DNA of 64,000 nt from the NCBI RefSeq assembly GCF_046119375.1, contig NW_027362762.1, forward strand, positions 276,396,001-276,460,000. Reading direction: 5' to 3'. The position numbers were made by a program, and so were the translations under genes. Below are positions 9,990-20,551 of the stretch, piece after piece; position 1 is the stretch's first letter, and each line of letters starts with the position of its first letter. The DNA comes from Phyllobates terribilis (lineage: Eukaryota). Under the pieces are notes generated by a model. The model saw nothing but the letters and a program-made list of their open reading frames with translations. It was not told the origin of the DNA and ran no database searches.

Positions 9990-11545
9990 GATGCGCAAGA
10001 CACATAAGTGCCTTCTTGCTGCACTACCTGCAGCATGACCCTCATATTGTCAGAATTCGAAGTAATCATGACTACTGGGTTGCCACACTCTTAGATCCCC
10101 CAAACTTTTCGATCAACCTTTTCATTTTAATAAAGACCAAAAAAATGGTCATTTTTGAAATTATAAGCATTAGCAGGTTGTTAGAAACTGAAATCAAACA
10201 GTTTTCAACTCAAAACTTTATTCTAGGTGATGTTACATTTTCACATAGGACCCCTTGTTCGAAAGGAGCTTCTGAACTCTCTCGTCCATTGAATTTGTCA
10301 GGTTTTGGATGGTTTCTGCTTCAATTGTTTTGCATGAGGACAGAATACCCTCCCAGAGCTGTTGCTTAGATGTGAACTGCCTCCCGCCATCATAGACACT
10401 CCTTTTAATGATGCTCCAAAGGTTCTGAATGGGGTAGAGGTCAGGGGAGCATGGGGGTCACACCATAAGTTTGTCCCCTTTTATGCCCATATCAGCCAGA
10501 GATGCAGATGTTTTATGTGCAGCATGAGATGGTGCATTATCATGCAGAAAAATGATCTTGCTGTGAAATACACGGTTCTTCTTCTTGAACCATGGCAGGA
10601 AGTGCTGTTTGAGAAAATCCACATACATTATGGAGTTCATCTTTAGCGCCTTCAGGGATCCTAAAGGGGCCGACAATCTCTCTCCCCATGATTCCAGCCC
10701 AAAACATTACTCCACCTCCTCCTTGTTGGCGCTGTAGCCGTGTTTGCGTGGGGTGTCCATCAACCAGCCATCCTCCACTCCATTCATCTGGACCATCGAG
10801 CGCTGCACGGCACTCATCCGTGAACAAAACAGTTTTGAAATCAGTCTTCATGTAATGTTTGGCCCACTGGAGCCGTTTCTGCTTGTGTGAAGTGGATAGA
10901 GGAGGTCGACAGGATGGCATATGCACAGCTGCAAACCTCTGAAGGACCCTGCATCTTGTTGTTCTGGGGACGTTGGAGGCACAAGCAGCTTCAAAAACTT
11001 GTCTGCTGCTATGACAAGGCTTTTTTGCCGCTGCTGTTTCAACCTGACGTAATTGCCTGTAGGAAAGAGTCCTCAATTTGCCCTTATCAGCACGCACACG
11101 TGTGTACTGTGAATCAGCTACATACTTCTTGATTGCCAAGACACTTCATCCTGATCATCGCACAATGTTGATTGTAGTCATGCCTTGACCTAAACACTCC
11201 ACAATTTGTTGCTTCTCAGCAGCCGACACATCCTTTTTCTTTCCCATTTTGGCAGAAAATGTAGGCTGCTTAATAATGTGAGAGAGCCTTCTTAAGTAGT
11301 CTTGCCTTTCATTGGACACACCTGCCAAACTAATTAGCACAGGTGTCTGCAATTGCTTACAGTGATATAAAGAGCCCTGACACACATCACCATCAATGAG
11401 TTTAACTGACAAACAAACAAATTCTTCCCTTATCACTCCTAAACACTTTTTGCATAATAATTTGGAACGCGGTGTACATGTGCTTTTCCACAAAACACCA
11501 GTGGTTCACGTAGTGAATCTTAAAGTTCTAACTTGCCAACCGTGG
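9990..11545 (+). pseudogene. Second, older hAT transposase 3' remnant (9990-10100 and 11475-11545), interrupted by Tc1
   Basis: LHYLQHDPHIVRIRSNHDYWVATLLDP and TCAFPQNTSG pieces repeat the transposase C-terminal region. Diagnostic bases match the 33654-34833 relic better than the intact ORF. Confidence 0.8.
10101..11474 (-). mobile_element. Tc1 fragment carried in hAT copy 1
   Basis: One TIR (TTTGCATAATAATTTGGAACGCGGTG|TA) ends at 11474. Frameshifted transposase: MGKKKDVSAAEKQQIVE, VLFTDEC, VMFWAGI, FLHDNAPSH. The other TIR is deleted. Confidence 0.9.
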
Positions 11546-13373
11546 TCTGTATGGAATTGTTCAATAAAGGGCCCAAAATTAAGATAACATAGATGGGAGA
11601 GGTCTCTATGAATTGGAATTCCTAAGTATTTGATACCCTGTGAGGGCCAGGCAAAGGGAAAGTTGGACTGGATGGAATCCTATATGGATTTAGGGAGGGA
11701 GACATCGAGGGCCTCAGACTTCGCTGCATTGATTTTAAAATTTTACCATGTAACAAAGTGATCTATTTCAGCCATAACAGCAGGGATGGATATATGTGAT
11801 TGAGTGATATATACTAGGACATCATCAGCAAATAGAGAGCACTTGTACTCGGTGCCTCCCACCTCAATCCACCTAATATTGGGGTTATGGCGAATTGATG
11901 AGAGCAGGTGCTCCGTCACTAGGATGTATAAGAGAGGGGACAGAGGACATCCCTGCCTTGTCCCATTGGTGATTGTGAAAGGTGATGAAAATGTTCTGAC
12001 GCACCCCCTGGGCCTTGGGACACCCGGAGCCGGACCCTTTTTGGTGGATGCTGGTGGTTGTAGTCTTCGTGGCGGCGATCCGGTTCCGTGGCTCAGGGCG
12101 GTCAAACCAGTGGCGGAACTATTTATGTTGTTTTGATGTTTAAATGTCCGACTACGCCACCCGTGGATTGCGGTCAGAGTGAACCGCCGCTACAGGGCAG
12201 ACCGCTAAGGCTGGTGTTGTGGGTGCAGCAGAGCGTAGCATAACTCCCCACGGGAGGAGTATAGCCTCAGGGCAGTGTATGCGGAGGATGGGGGTGATGG
12301 TGCAGGGCAGCAGCAGTAACGACACGGAGTCAGTGATGCAGTTCAGGGCCTTTACTCACAGTTCTTATTATCCAGACCACGTCTGCAGGTAACGGCTGCC
12401 CACGTCGTACTGTGCTCACCAGGTGAGGGGCTCAGACAACTCCCAGATAACTTTGGAGCGCTTCACAGGACCCCCTTTGTGTGTCCTTTGTCTGGCCTTT
12501 CTTACCAACACTTCTGTCCGGCTGCCTCGGGCCTCCTCTTGGTAAACTTGGCGCCAGTTTCCCTGACCCTATGTGGTGCCTTCCTAGCGGGTGGAGCAAG
12601 GGGCTCCGCCACATAAAATGTCAGAGCCTCCGGTTTCTAGCTGAGGGTCATTTCCTGCCTCCACTAGTTCGGGGACCGGTCTCCCCCTTTGGCCTGACCC
12701 CTCCACGCAGGTGGATTCGGGCGTGCGGTGGCGACTCGCCCGTCCGCACCCCTGGGATCCCTTCATTCCTCGTTCCTGGAGCCTTCTCCGCTCCTCTTCC
12801 TTCCTTCTCCCTCTTGCAGGCCTGGGCCTCTGTTACTAGGCCCGCCTCCGGAGCAGAGCTCATGCAGAGCCCCTGCTCCCTGCCACTTCTGCTCAGACTT
12901 CTCTGCACTGAACTAAGATGGTGCCCACCTTTTATACTCCCTTCTCAATGCACCCAGGAACTGCTTCCTCCCTGCTCCTGCACTGCAGGGTTCCCCTTCC
13001 TCAGTGTTCCCTCCCCCCACTCCAGCCAGGGACAGGGACTGTCGTGCCCATCTCAGGGGCATATTGGTCGCCCTGCCCCACGGCAATGTGGTGTAATGCA
13101 TGCAGGTGTCGGGTCCTGATCCACACTCCATCCTTATCTGAGAGTGAGATATCACACCTCTGGGTGAGGTGCAATACGTCTGTAGCAACCGAGCCCTCGG
13201 TGCTACAGTTCCATTTATCTTCAGCCTAGGTGACGTATTGTGATACAGGGCCGTGATTTTGGCTATAAAAGGGTCCCCTAGACCCCTACCCCAAGCTTTT
13301 TAAGAGAATCATATATGGCGTGCCAGGAGACTCTATGGAATGCTTTCTCAGCATCCAACGAGAGTATCTACTT
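11546..13373 (-). mobile_element. L1/Tx1-type LINE reverse-transcriptase fragment, split by a solo LTR
   Basis: Minus-strand LSLDAEKAFHRVSW and ALYHNTSPRLKING (13208-13373) continue across the LTR into TFSSPFTITNGTRQGCPLSP, LFADD and IKYLGI (11546-11996). Confidence 0.9.
11997..13207 (-). mobile_element. Solo LTR (Gypsy-like, ~1.2 kb)
   Basis: TG...CA ends (TGTAGCACC / GGTGCGTCA on minus); 4-bp TSD GTTC at 11993-11996 and 13208-13211; TATAAAAG on minus at 12929-12936; AGTAAA poly(A)-like signal near 12355. Confidence 0.88.
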
Positions 13374-13478
13374 ACAAATTTTTAACTGCATCTAGCCCAG
13401 GAAATACTTTGTGCCTAGTAGCAGTGTCTGCTAGTCAGCGGATTATCCCGGCTGTTAAGCAAGCTACACCACCTGTAG

Positions 13479-13749
13479 TTTGGACACTTAATTTTTTCAA
13501 AGGAAATGCTTCGGGACCACGGGATACTTAGTGAAGAGCATCAGGAGGCACCCCAAGGCATAGGGGCTGGGACTGGCACTAGGATGCCTTGCGGTGGACA
13601 GCCGAGCTCGATCCTTATAAAAGCTTTTTAACTGCAGCAGCTTTAGTGGACGCTACTGGAGCTGGAATTACCGCGGCTGCTGGCATGAGACTTGCCCTCC
13701 AATAGATCCTTGTAAATGGATTTAAAGTGTATTCATTCAAATTAGAGGG
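13479..13749 (-). pseudogene. Degenerate 18S rRNA fragment (helix 18 / 530-loop region plus the start of V4)
   Basis: Minus strand reads ATTGGAGGGCAAGTCTCATGCCAGCAGCCGCGGTAATTCCAGCTCCAGTAGCG...GCTGCAGTTAAAAAGCT...GATGCTCTT...CCCGAAGCATTTCCTTTGAAAAAATTAAGTGT, recognisably eukaryotic 18S with many substitutions. Confidence 0.93.
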
Positions 13750-15046
13750 ACAATTTAAATTAAAAAGCTTAGAGCTGCCTCCACCACAGGGGGGCTCTCT
13801 CGACCCACCAGCGGACAGGCACCAGTATTGGGAGAGGGGGGCTGGCCGTCAGGGTTCACCGCGGCTCTGGCACAAACCCGGCGACACGGAGGTGGCACGG
13901 GCAGGAGCGGACTGGCCGTCTCGGCTTCTCACTTTTTGGATTTTAGAAGGGCATGACATGCCTATATCTGTGTCTCCCCCTCCTTTTACTCCTCCACCTC
14001 TTTTCTTTTCGCATGACTATATGTACTTGTCACTTTTCCATGTGTTAGTTGTGTCTTCTGAGCAGTTTGTCAGCTTTTGGACACCTTTGAAGGTGTTTTC
14101 TATGTGTTTCTATGTGTTTTTGTTTGCCTGCCATTGGTTTTAACGGTGTTCGAAGGTGTTCGACGAACAGTTCGACGAACAGTTCGGCGAACACACGGGT
14201 GTTCGACGAACCGAACCGAACTCGAACACTACGGGGGTGGCTCAACACTAGACAATACCATACAGGGTATCGGCATACTCAGCAGAAATTGCTCAACAAA
14301 TGTTAGGGTCCAGGTTCACCTCTTATCTTTGTGAAAATGAAAAATGTAGGGCTACAATAATATTTTCATTGAAAAAAAATTTTATATTTCATTTTTGTGG
14401 CCAAATATTACAAAGTTCTGTGAAACATCAGACGTTCAAGATAAGCATAGCACACCTAGATGAAATCCATGAAAGATGTAGCTTCCAAACTGGTGTCATT
14501 TTTTGTTTTATCTTTGCTGTTTTGGCACCTTAGGAGCTCAATAAATGTGATATGACATCTGCAATCTATTTCAGCCAAATCTGCACTTTAAAAATCAAAT
14601 AGTGCTTCTTCCATTCCAAGCACTGTCGTGTGCCCAAACAATGGATTCTGACCACATATTGGGTATCAGCATACTCAGGAGAAATTGTAAAACAAAGTAA
14701 ATTGTTCATTTTCTCCTATTACTTTTGAGTAAGTGATATATTTAGGCCTAAAACAACATTTACGTGGAAAAAAACAATCTTTCATTTTCAGGAACCAATG
14801 TTATTATTACTTAAATGGTTAACAAACTTTCTGAATGCAGTTTTGAATGTGATAAGGAGTGCAGATGTTATAACAGGCTATGTTTATGGATTTCCTGACA
14901 TTAAGGCACCTCAAAATCATTTAAAAAAATGAAGTGTTCCCTAAAAATATAGGTATTGTACATTGCTGCCAAAAATTGCTGCCAAACTTCTAACATTGCA
15001 GCAAAAAAAGTTATTTTAAGAATGATGCTGACGTAAATTAGACATA

Positions 15047-16426
15047 CAGTGGCTTGAGAAAGTATTCACTCCGCTTGGCATTTTTCGTATTTTGCTACCT
15101 CACAACCTGGAATTTCACTGTTTTCTTTTTAGTGTTTGCATCAGTTCATGCAAAGAACATGCCTACAACTATGAACAAATTGTTTTTCTTTTTTTTGTGA
15201 AGCAAACAACAAATGGGAAAAAATAACTTAAAACATCCGTGCGCATAACTATTCACCCCCTTAATTCAGTATTTTGTAGAGCGTCCTTTTGCAGCAAATA
15301 CAAGCAAATACAGACACAAGTCACTTTGGATAAGTCTCTATCAGTTTTCCACATATTGCCACTGGAATTTTTGCCCATTCCTCAAGGAAAAACTGCTCCA
15401 GCTCCTTCAAGTTAGATGGTTTCTTCTGGTGAACAGCAATCTTCAAGTCTGACCACAGATTCTCAATTGGATTATGCTCTTTGACTAAACCACTCCAAAA
15501 CATTAACGTGTTTCTCCTTAAACCACTCTAGTATTGCCTTAACAGTTTGCTTTCGGCCATTGTCCAAAAAGTTCAATTTTGGTTTAATCTGACCACATCA
15601 CCTTCCTCCATGCATTTGAGGAGCCTCCCACATTTATTTTGGCAAACTCAAAACGAGCCTTACAATTTTTGTGCATAAGTAAAGGCTTTCATCTGCCCAC
15701 TCTTCCATAAAAGCCACCTCTCTGTAGTGTACGGCATATTATGGACAGATACTCCATTCTCTGCTTGGGAACTCTGCAGCTCCTTCAGAGTTACCTTTGG
15801 TCTCCATGCTGCCTTTCTAATTAATTCCCTCCTTGCCCGTGCTGATAGTTTTATTGGACAGCCTTCTCTTGGCAGGTTTGTTGTGGTACCATGTTCTTTC
15901 CATTTGATGATAAAGGATTTGATGGTGCTCTGGGGGATCATCAGAGATTGGGATACTTTTTATAACCCAACCCTGACTTGAACTTCTCAACAACTTTGTC
16001 CCTGACTTGTTTAGAGATCTCCTTGGTCTACAAGGTGTTGTTTAGTTAATGGTGCCTCTTGCTTAATGGTTTTGCAACCTCTTTGGCCTTTCAGAAAACG
16101 TGTGTACATACTGACAGACCATGTGACACTCAGATTGCACATATGTGAACTTCCTTTCACTAAGCATGTGACTTATGAAGGGAATTGCTTGCACCAGAAA
16201 GTTTTAGGGGCTTCATTGCAAAAGGGTGAATACATATGTGAATGCCAATTTTAGTTATTTGATCCCATAAATTTAATTTATGCCTATATTTTTCTCGCTT
16301 CACTAATGTACACTATTTAGTACTGATGTATCACACACAAATCGGATTACAAAAATATTTAAATACTGGTTTTAATATAAAAAAATAAGTAAAAGTCAAG
16401 GAGGTGAATACTTTTACAAACCACTG
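15047..16426 (-). mobile_element. Tc1/mariner element, internally deleted
   Basis: TA|CAGTGGCTTGAGAAAGTATTCAC and GTGAATACTTTTACAAACCACTG|TA. Remnants TIKSFIIKWKEHGTTTNLPREG and NPIENLWSDLK. Confidence 0.9.
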
Positions 16427-17470
16427 TAGGATAAATGCAATTTACTTGCTAATTTTTGTGGTGTGACTAACTCTTTTAAAGGCATAAAAAGTATGCTGCT
16501 CCCCAAGAGGAGGTGATTAGGACAATCATCTCTTTAAAAAAAAAAGACAATGGATTTCTCATTTTTGGTCTGGTAGATTGACTGGTCTTAATGGTTTTAT
16601 GGGGATGATTCATCAAATTTGTTTTGTGAGATTTGTGGCAAACATAGCTTTGAAAAGTCGCATTATTTGGCGAAAACGTGAGGTTGCATAAAAAAATGTA
16701 ACTTTTGGCTTGTTCACATCATTATTGCCCCAGCTCCAACAAAGTGGGCCAAGTGAAGGTGGAATGGGTGCAGCGTATGGTGACCCCCCGCTTGTCAAAT
16801 TCATGACAAGTGTTTGCATTTGCTATGCCACAAACCTTTCTACAGCAGGTCCTAGTGTAAAATTTGTGATGAGGCATACCACTACACGCCTCACTCGATT
16901 CACTAATAGGCATGAGCCTTTTAATAAATTAGGAGCATCTGCTCCAAAATGCCCCCTTCATAAAGACCCTCGAGAGAATCACCGGACTTGATTAATTGCC
17001 CCCATTATCTTTTGTTCCCTTTTTTTGATGTCAGGCCTCTTGGATAGCTATATACATGTTGGTTCTGATGTGAAATACGTCCTATATGTTGGTTAAAGCA
17101 GGTATATGGTTGGTTAGTGGTATGGGATATATCCTGTTTACTGGATATATATTAGTTTGGGGAATTTATTTTTTTCAGTAAATAAGGACCCTTATTTTTA
17201 ATTTCTATTATGTTGATGTGCAATTTTATATTAATATAATCTTTGAGGAATATTGTGTTGTAGCTTTATCGGGTATAGATATAAATAAAAATGTATCTAC
17301 ACATGATTTTATGTTAAATTATTGATTAGGATGATCTAACACGTACCCTGCGACATTTACTCAATTTTGATCTGCTATTATTGTTAAGGGTTATTTATTT
17401 ACAAGATCTTAGTTACCCCATGGACAACATCTCACTGGAGAACTGTGCCTTTAAGATCCAGAGAGTATAA

Positions 17471-18308
17471 GGCTGTGAGCCCACGATGCGTTTTTTAAGC
17501 GTTTCTGCAGCGGCAAAAACACTGCAGAAATGCTTAAAAACGCATGGTAGAAGGCCTGCCATGTTCCCCAATGATAATCTACATGTGCTGTGCACATGCT
17601 GCAGAAATTTCCGCTGCGGATTATCATTGCGGAAAAAAATGCAGCACTACCAATTATTTTGCGGAAGAGCTGCGTTTTCGCCGCCATTGACTTGCATTAG
17701 AATGCATCTATTCTGCTTCACTAGATAAGCACATGCGGAATACATGCGTTCCAATGTGCGGATGGTACCCAGGTCTAGAGGAGAGGAGACTCTCCTCCAG
17801 ACCCGGGTACCATAGAAACTGTAAAAAAAAAGAATAAAATAAAAAATAAATGTTATATTTACCTTCTGACGGCCCCTGGTGTCCTTGTCTTCACTTGCCG
17901 GCAGATCGCGATGGACTGGAGGACCTGCGCTGACGTCATAGTCATGTGATGGGTCACGCGACGCTGACGTCGGCAGGTCCTTCAGTGTACCGCAATTTGC
18001 CGACAAGGGAGACAAGACACCGGGGGCCATCGGAAGGTAAGTATAGATTTAATTTTTATTTTTAAATATTCTTTTCGGCATGGATTTATATAGTGTGACC
18101 AAGTTGTCAAGCACTTTCTAAGTGATGCTAAAATTGCTTGGAAAGCGCTTGTCAACCCGCATGCGGAAATGCATTAGAAGAACGCTTCACATCCGCATGT
18201 CCCTGGCAGGAAAAATGCATCTACAATCCGCATGGTTTTTTTCTGCCAGGGAGATGCAAAAACGCTCAGGAAAAATCCGGAGCATTTCTGCATCGTGGGC
18301 TCATAGCC
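17471..18308. mobile_element. Non-autonomous MITE (PIF/Harbinger-like ends)
   Basis: TIRs GGCTGTGAGCCCACGATGC / GCATCGTGGGCTCATAGCC and internal inverted segments. Same family as 54825-55703, in opposite orientation. Superfamily assignment is an inference. Confidence 0.7.
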
Positions 18309-18926
18309 ATACAGTGTCTATGCGCTGAGCTGGAAGCGTTTGTTTGCCATGACAATGATGGTTGGATCCGTGCTATCCGGATTAACCTTGCAGATTCAGG
18401 TATTATCGAACCAATTCAATGTTCCTGAGTGACAAGTACATCAGTGGAGGAGGCTGTTTGGGCTTAAATAGTTGGTGGTCTTGCAGCCAAATGTACTTAC
18501 ATCCATGCTGGCCAGAGTCCACCATCAGGGCTCTGGCATACTACTAATTTTACCTAGCTGGTGTCCACCATTCGGACTCTAGTGCTCTTAATTATATATA
18601 TTAAAAGCTATTGTCTGCCATCAAGACATATCTGTACTTTACTTTAGATATTATGCAATTTAGCTGGCATCCACAAGTGGAACATTATCTATATCTAATC
18701 AATATCTAAAGAAGCATTTAGCAGGGATCCAGCATCAGTCAGGACCTGAGCATACATGTATATTTATGCAACAGTTTTAGGGCTGTGTAATAACTGAGGT
18801 GCACTATTGGGACCTTTGTAATTGTATACATAATTCTACATTTTTATTATTGCAGCCTATAATTGGGAATTTGGGTTATTTTTCTTTGCACTTATTTAGT
18901 ATAATGTGAATTAAAATACTCTTATT

Positions 18927-18977
18927 TGTCTCCTGATGTGCCCAGTGTGTACACGCTGGGAGAAATGCATTGAGGCA
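18927..18977 (+). ncRNA. Decayed minimal type I hammerhead motif (Penelope-like-element type)
   Basis: TGTCTC-CTGATGT-G-CCCAG(loop)CTGGG-A-GAAA-TGCA-TT-GAGGCA. Stems I and II pair, the loop III palindrome is TGCA, and the core is mutated. Confidence 0.55.
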
Positions 18978-19624
18978 TCTTGTACTATCTAATGGTTCAG
19001 TTATATGTAATAAATACAGAACGATAAGGAAACTTAATCTGACATGGTAATATTTATTATTCTTTATCCTTTATTACAATTATATCGGTATATACTGCTT
19101 CCTATTTAATGATATCTTAATAGATGGAAAGCATTGTGACAGTCTGACTTGTTAGTTTTCTCCCTTCATCTTGCTTTAAAATAGGATAGGTAATAGAGTT
19201 ATAGGGAGAGTACTTTCTATCTATTCTCTCCTCTGTTGAAATCCTTTATATTTATTCTTTCCTATAACAGGGAGATTATAGTGTATGGAGAGCATTCTAT
19301 TAATAGTGGACTACTACTGAGTTCTATATTTTAAGCATTATAATAAAATCTATTTTCTTTTTAAATACACTTTTATCAGTGATATTTTTACTAATTTGAA
19401 GAAGTACAATGTGTCCTGAAAATAATAATCTTAGAATCACTGGGATACGTAAAAACATTCCAAAGTTATTACCACATAAGGTTACATATGTCAGATTTAA
19501 AAAAAAATGCCCCATTCAGGAAGGTGAAAATAGGCTTCAGTGTTAAGAGATTAATACAGATTTACTGTTAGCTGAGATCAGATAAAATTGCAGTATTCAG
19601 GCAATATAGAAATAGCAAGGTTAA

Positions 19625-19936
19625 AGGGATTGTCCATTACTCAGACAACCACCTCTCAATCACAATGTTCCCCCCTTATAAAATATTAACAGCAATACTC
19701 ACCTCCTCTCAGCTCTTTTGATTCCTCCGGATGTCTGATTTATATGAATAAGGGAAGAGTTAAGTGGCCGCTGATTGGCTGCAGCACTCACTTGACATAA
19801 TGTTACAAGAGTCCTGGGAGAGCCAATGCCGACACTGCTGGAAAGGCGCTCACATCGGAGATGAGTATAGCTGTTTTTATTTTATAAGGAGGTAACAGTG
19901 ATTGAGAATGAGTTATTTGAGTAGTGAACATCCCAT
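19625..19936. mobile_element. T2-type MITE (TTAA target)
   Basis: TTAA|AGGGATTGTCCATTAC ... GTAGTGAACATCCCAT|TTAA; imperfect TIR. Confidence 0.5.
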
Positions 19937-20551
19937 TTAATGTTAAAATATTGTTACCTGAATAGGTTCTGAACATGGGCAACGGGCATACAATGCAATG
20001 ACTCAAAAACAGTGTAGAAAAATGAAAGAACACAACACCATTTTCTTTTTCAAATGCGTATATTCAAAATATGAATGCAAACTTGAATGCAAAAATGAAG
20101 ACTCACATGGCAAACAGTAAAGCATTTATTCTTATAATGCATTCCTCTGCGGTCTATCGGGGTAAAGAATGTCCTTCTATAGAAATCGCTGTGTAAGGCT
20201 TCTTGGAGACACTGGCTGAAGCACAGGCTTGGGATCATACTTTTCAAACATGACCTCTATATTCAAACCACCGAATATATATGGGACACTATCTGACTGC
20301 ACCTGGTAAATCAATGACAAATGCAAAATACTGATGATACACTAAACATTTAAGAGGCAGTACTCCAACTATAATTGTTCTGGATCTTTACACTGGGCAC
20401 ACTTATTTCAAATGGATTCAATAAATCTTACAATTGTAATCTACTTTCTGAAGTGTATGCTTGGTAGAGTGCAAAATTATTCTTTGTCTAAGGTTATGTT
20501 CCCCCAATGAGTTTTTGATGTTGCAGATTTTCTGCCCCATTTCTGCACCTA

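Larger units (their letters stand above)
3351..14250 (+). mobile_element. hAT DNA transposon family A, copy 1 (complete, 10.9 kb, composite)
   Basis: Imperfect TIRs TAGAGATGAGC / TAGTGTTGAGC; exact 8-bp TSD GACAATAC at 3343-3350 and 14251-14258; internal full-length hAT transposase. Confidence 0.97.

Noticed and set aside
12148-12159. tRNA-Ser PBS-like TGGCGTAGTCGG marking an LTR/internal boundary
   Set aside because: The TG..CA ends and GTTC TSD at 11997 and 13207 show a solo LTR, so the motif lies inside it.
12432-13229. Overlapping GC-rich ORFs (e.g. 12481-13119, 212 aa) as genes
   Set aside because: They lie within the solo LTR, have no recognisable domains, and the longest is broken by a stop in copy 2.
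13479-13749. Functional rRNA gene or rDNA unit
   Set aside because: Only ~270 bp, diverged, with no flanking 18S, ITS or 28S sequence.
13727-14334. ORFs in the hAT right arm, including the 296-aa ORF 33382-34272
   Set aside because: They are chance read-throughs of the subterminal repeats. The 296-aa ORF crosses the TIR, an LTR end and a transposase relic.
18315-18399. Possible host exon (AG...GT bounded, open frames)
   Set aside because: No recognisable protein and no partner exons; the acceptor context is created by the adjacent MITE end.
20130-20320. Possible host exon in apparently unique sequence
   Set aside because: Stops or unrecognisable peptides in the candidate frames and weak splice signals. 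It cannot be supported without RNA data.
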